The notes under the pieces were generated by a model, which did no database searches, was not told the DNA's origin, and was given only the letters and a program-made list of their open reading frames with translations. A program made the translations under genes and the position numbers. Positions 63,874 through 64,000 of a stretch of DNA of 64,000 bases are shown in pieces. Every line of letters begins with the position of its first letter. The stretch's first letter is position 1. The stretch is from a virus (Duplodnaviria > Caudoviricetes): positions 29,019 to 93,018 of the IMG/VR virus record IMGVR_UViG_3300032038_000043, one strand, 5' to 3'.

Positions 63874-64000
63874 GTACGGTTCACGAACGGGTAACGGGTA
63901 CGGTTCACGAACGGGTAACGGGTACGGTTCACGAACGGGTAACGGGTACGGTTCACGAACGGGTAACGGGTACGGTTCACGAACGGGTAACGGGTACGGT
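63874..64000. repeat. 24-bp perfect tandem repeat GTACGGTTCACGAACGGGTAACGG, at least 5.3 copies, running off the window
   Basis: Copies start at 63874, 63898, 63922, 63946, 63970 and 63994 (partial). Confidence 0.95.

Noticed and set aside
63874-64000. CRISPR array
   Set aside because: The repeats are contiguous with no spacers, and no cas genes are visible.

Overview
This window is a GC-rich tailed-phage genome segment. The host is probably an actinobacterium such as a Coriobacteriia member (inference). Layout: (1) 1-7.8 kb, + strand: end of the tail/adhesin genes, a lysis cassette (r1t-like holin, CHAP endolysin) and two Ser tRNAs, closed by a bidirectional terminator. (2) 7.9-34.1 kb, - strand: a dense, translationally coupled operon with replication/recombination genes (ERF, initiator, DnaC-like loader, SSB, resolvase), nucleotide genes (dut, thyX, SLOG, DUF4406) and many small modular paralogues, headed by an HTH gene and two tRNAs. 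(3) 34.4-39.9 kb: a tRNA-Phe, a tyrosine integrase, regulators, Trp and Met tRNAs, and an RNA-surveillance/repair-like module. (4) 40-63 kb, - strand: small early-type genes in paralogous families, an amidoligase/class II glutamine amidotransferase pair, a recurrent ACGAC start-associated motif and a duplicated structured leader. (5) A compositionally distinct, motif-rich right end finishing in a 24-bp tandem repeat. The best candidate for a new system is the module in (3): three tandem Y-RNA-like ncRNAs share a covarying scaffold but carry three different tRNA-mimic cassettes. They lie directly upstream of a Ro60/TROVE gene, which converges on an RlaP-type nucleotidyltransferase gene. All calls come from reading the sequence by eye; no searches or folding programs were run.
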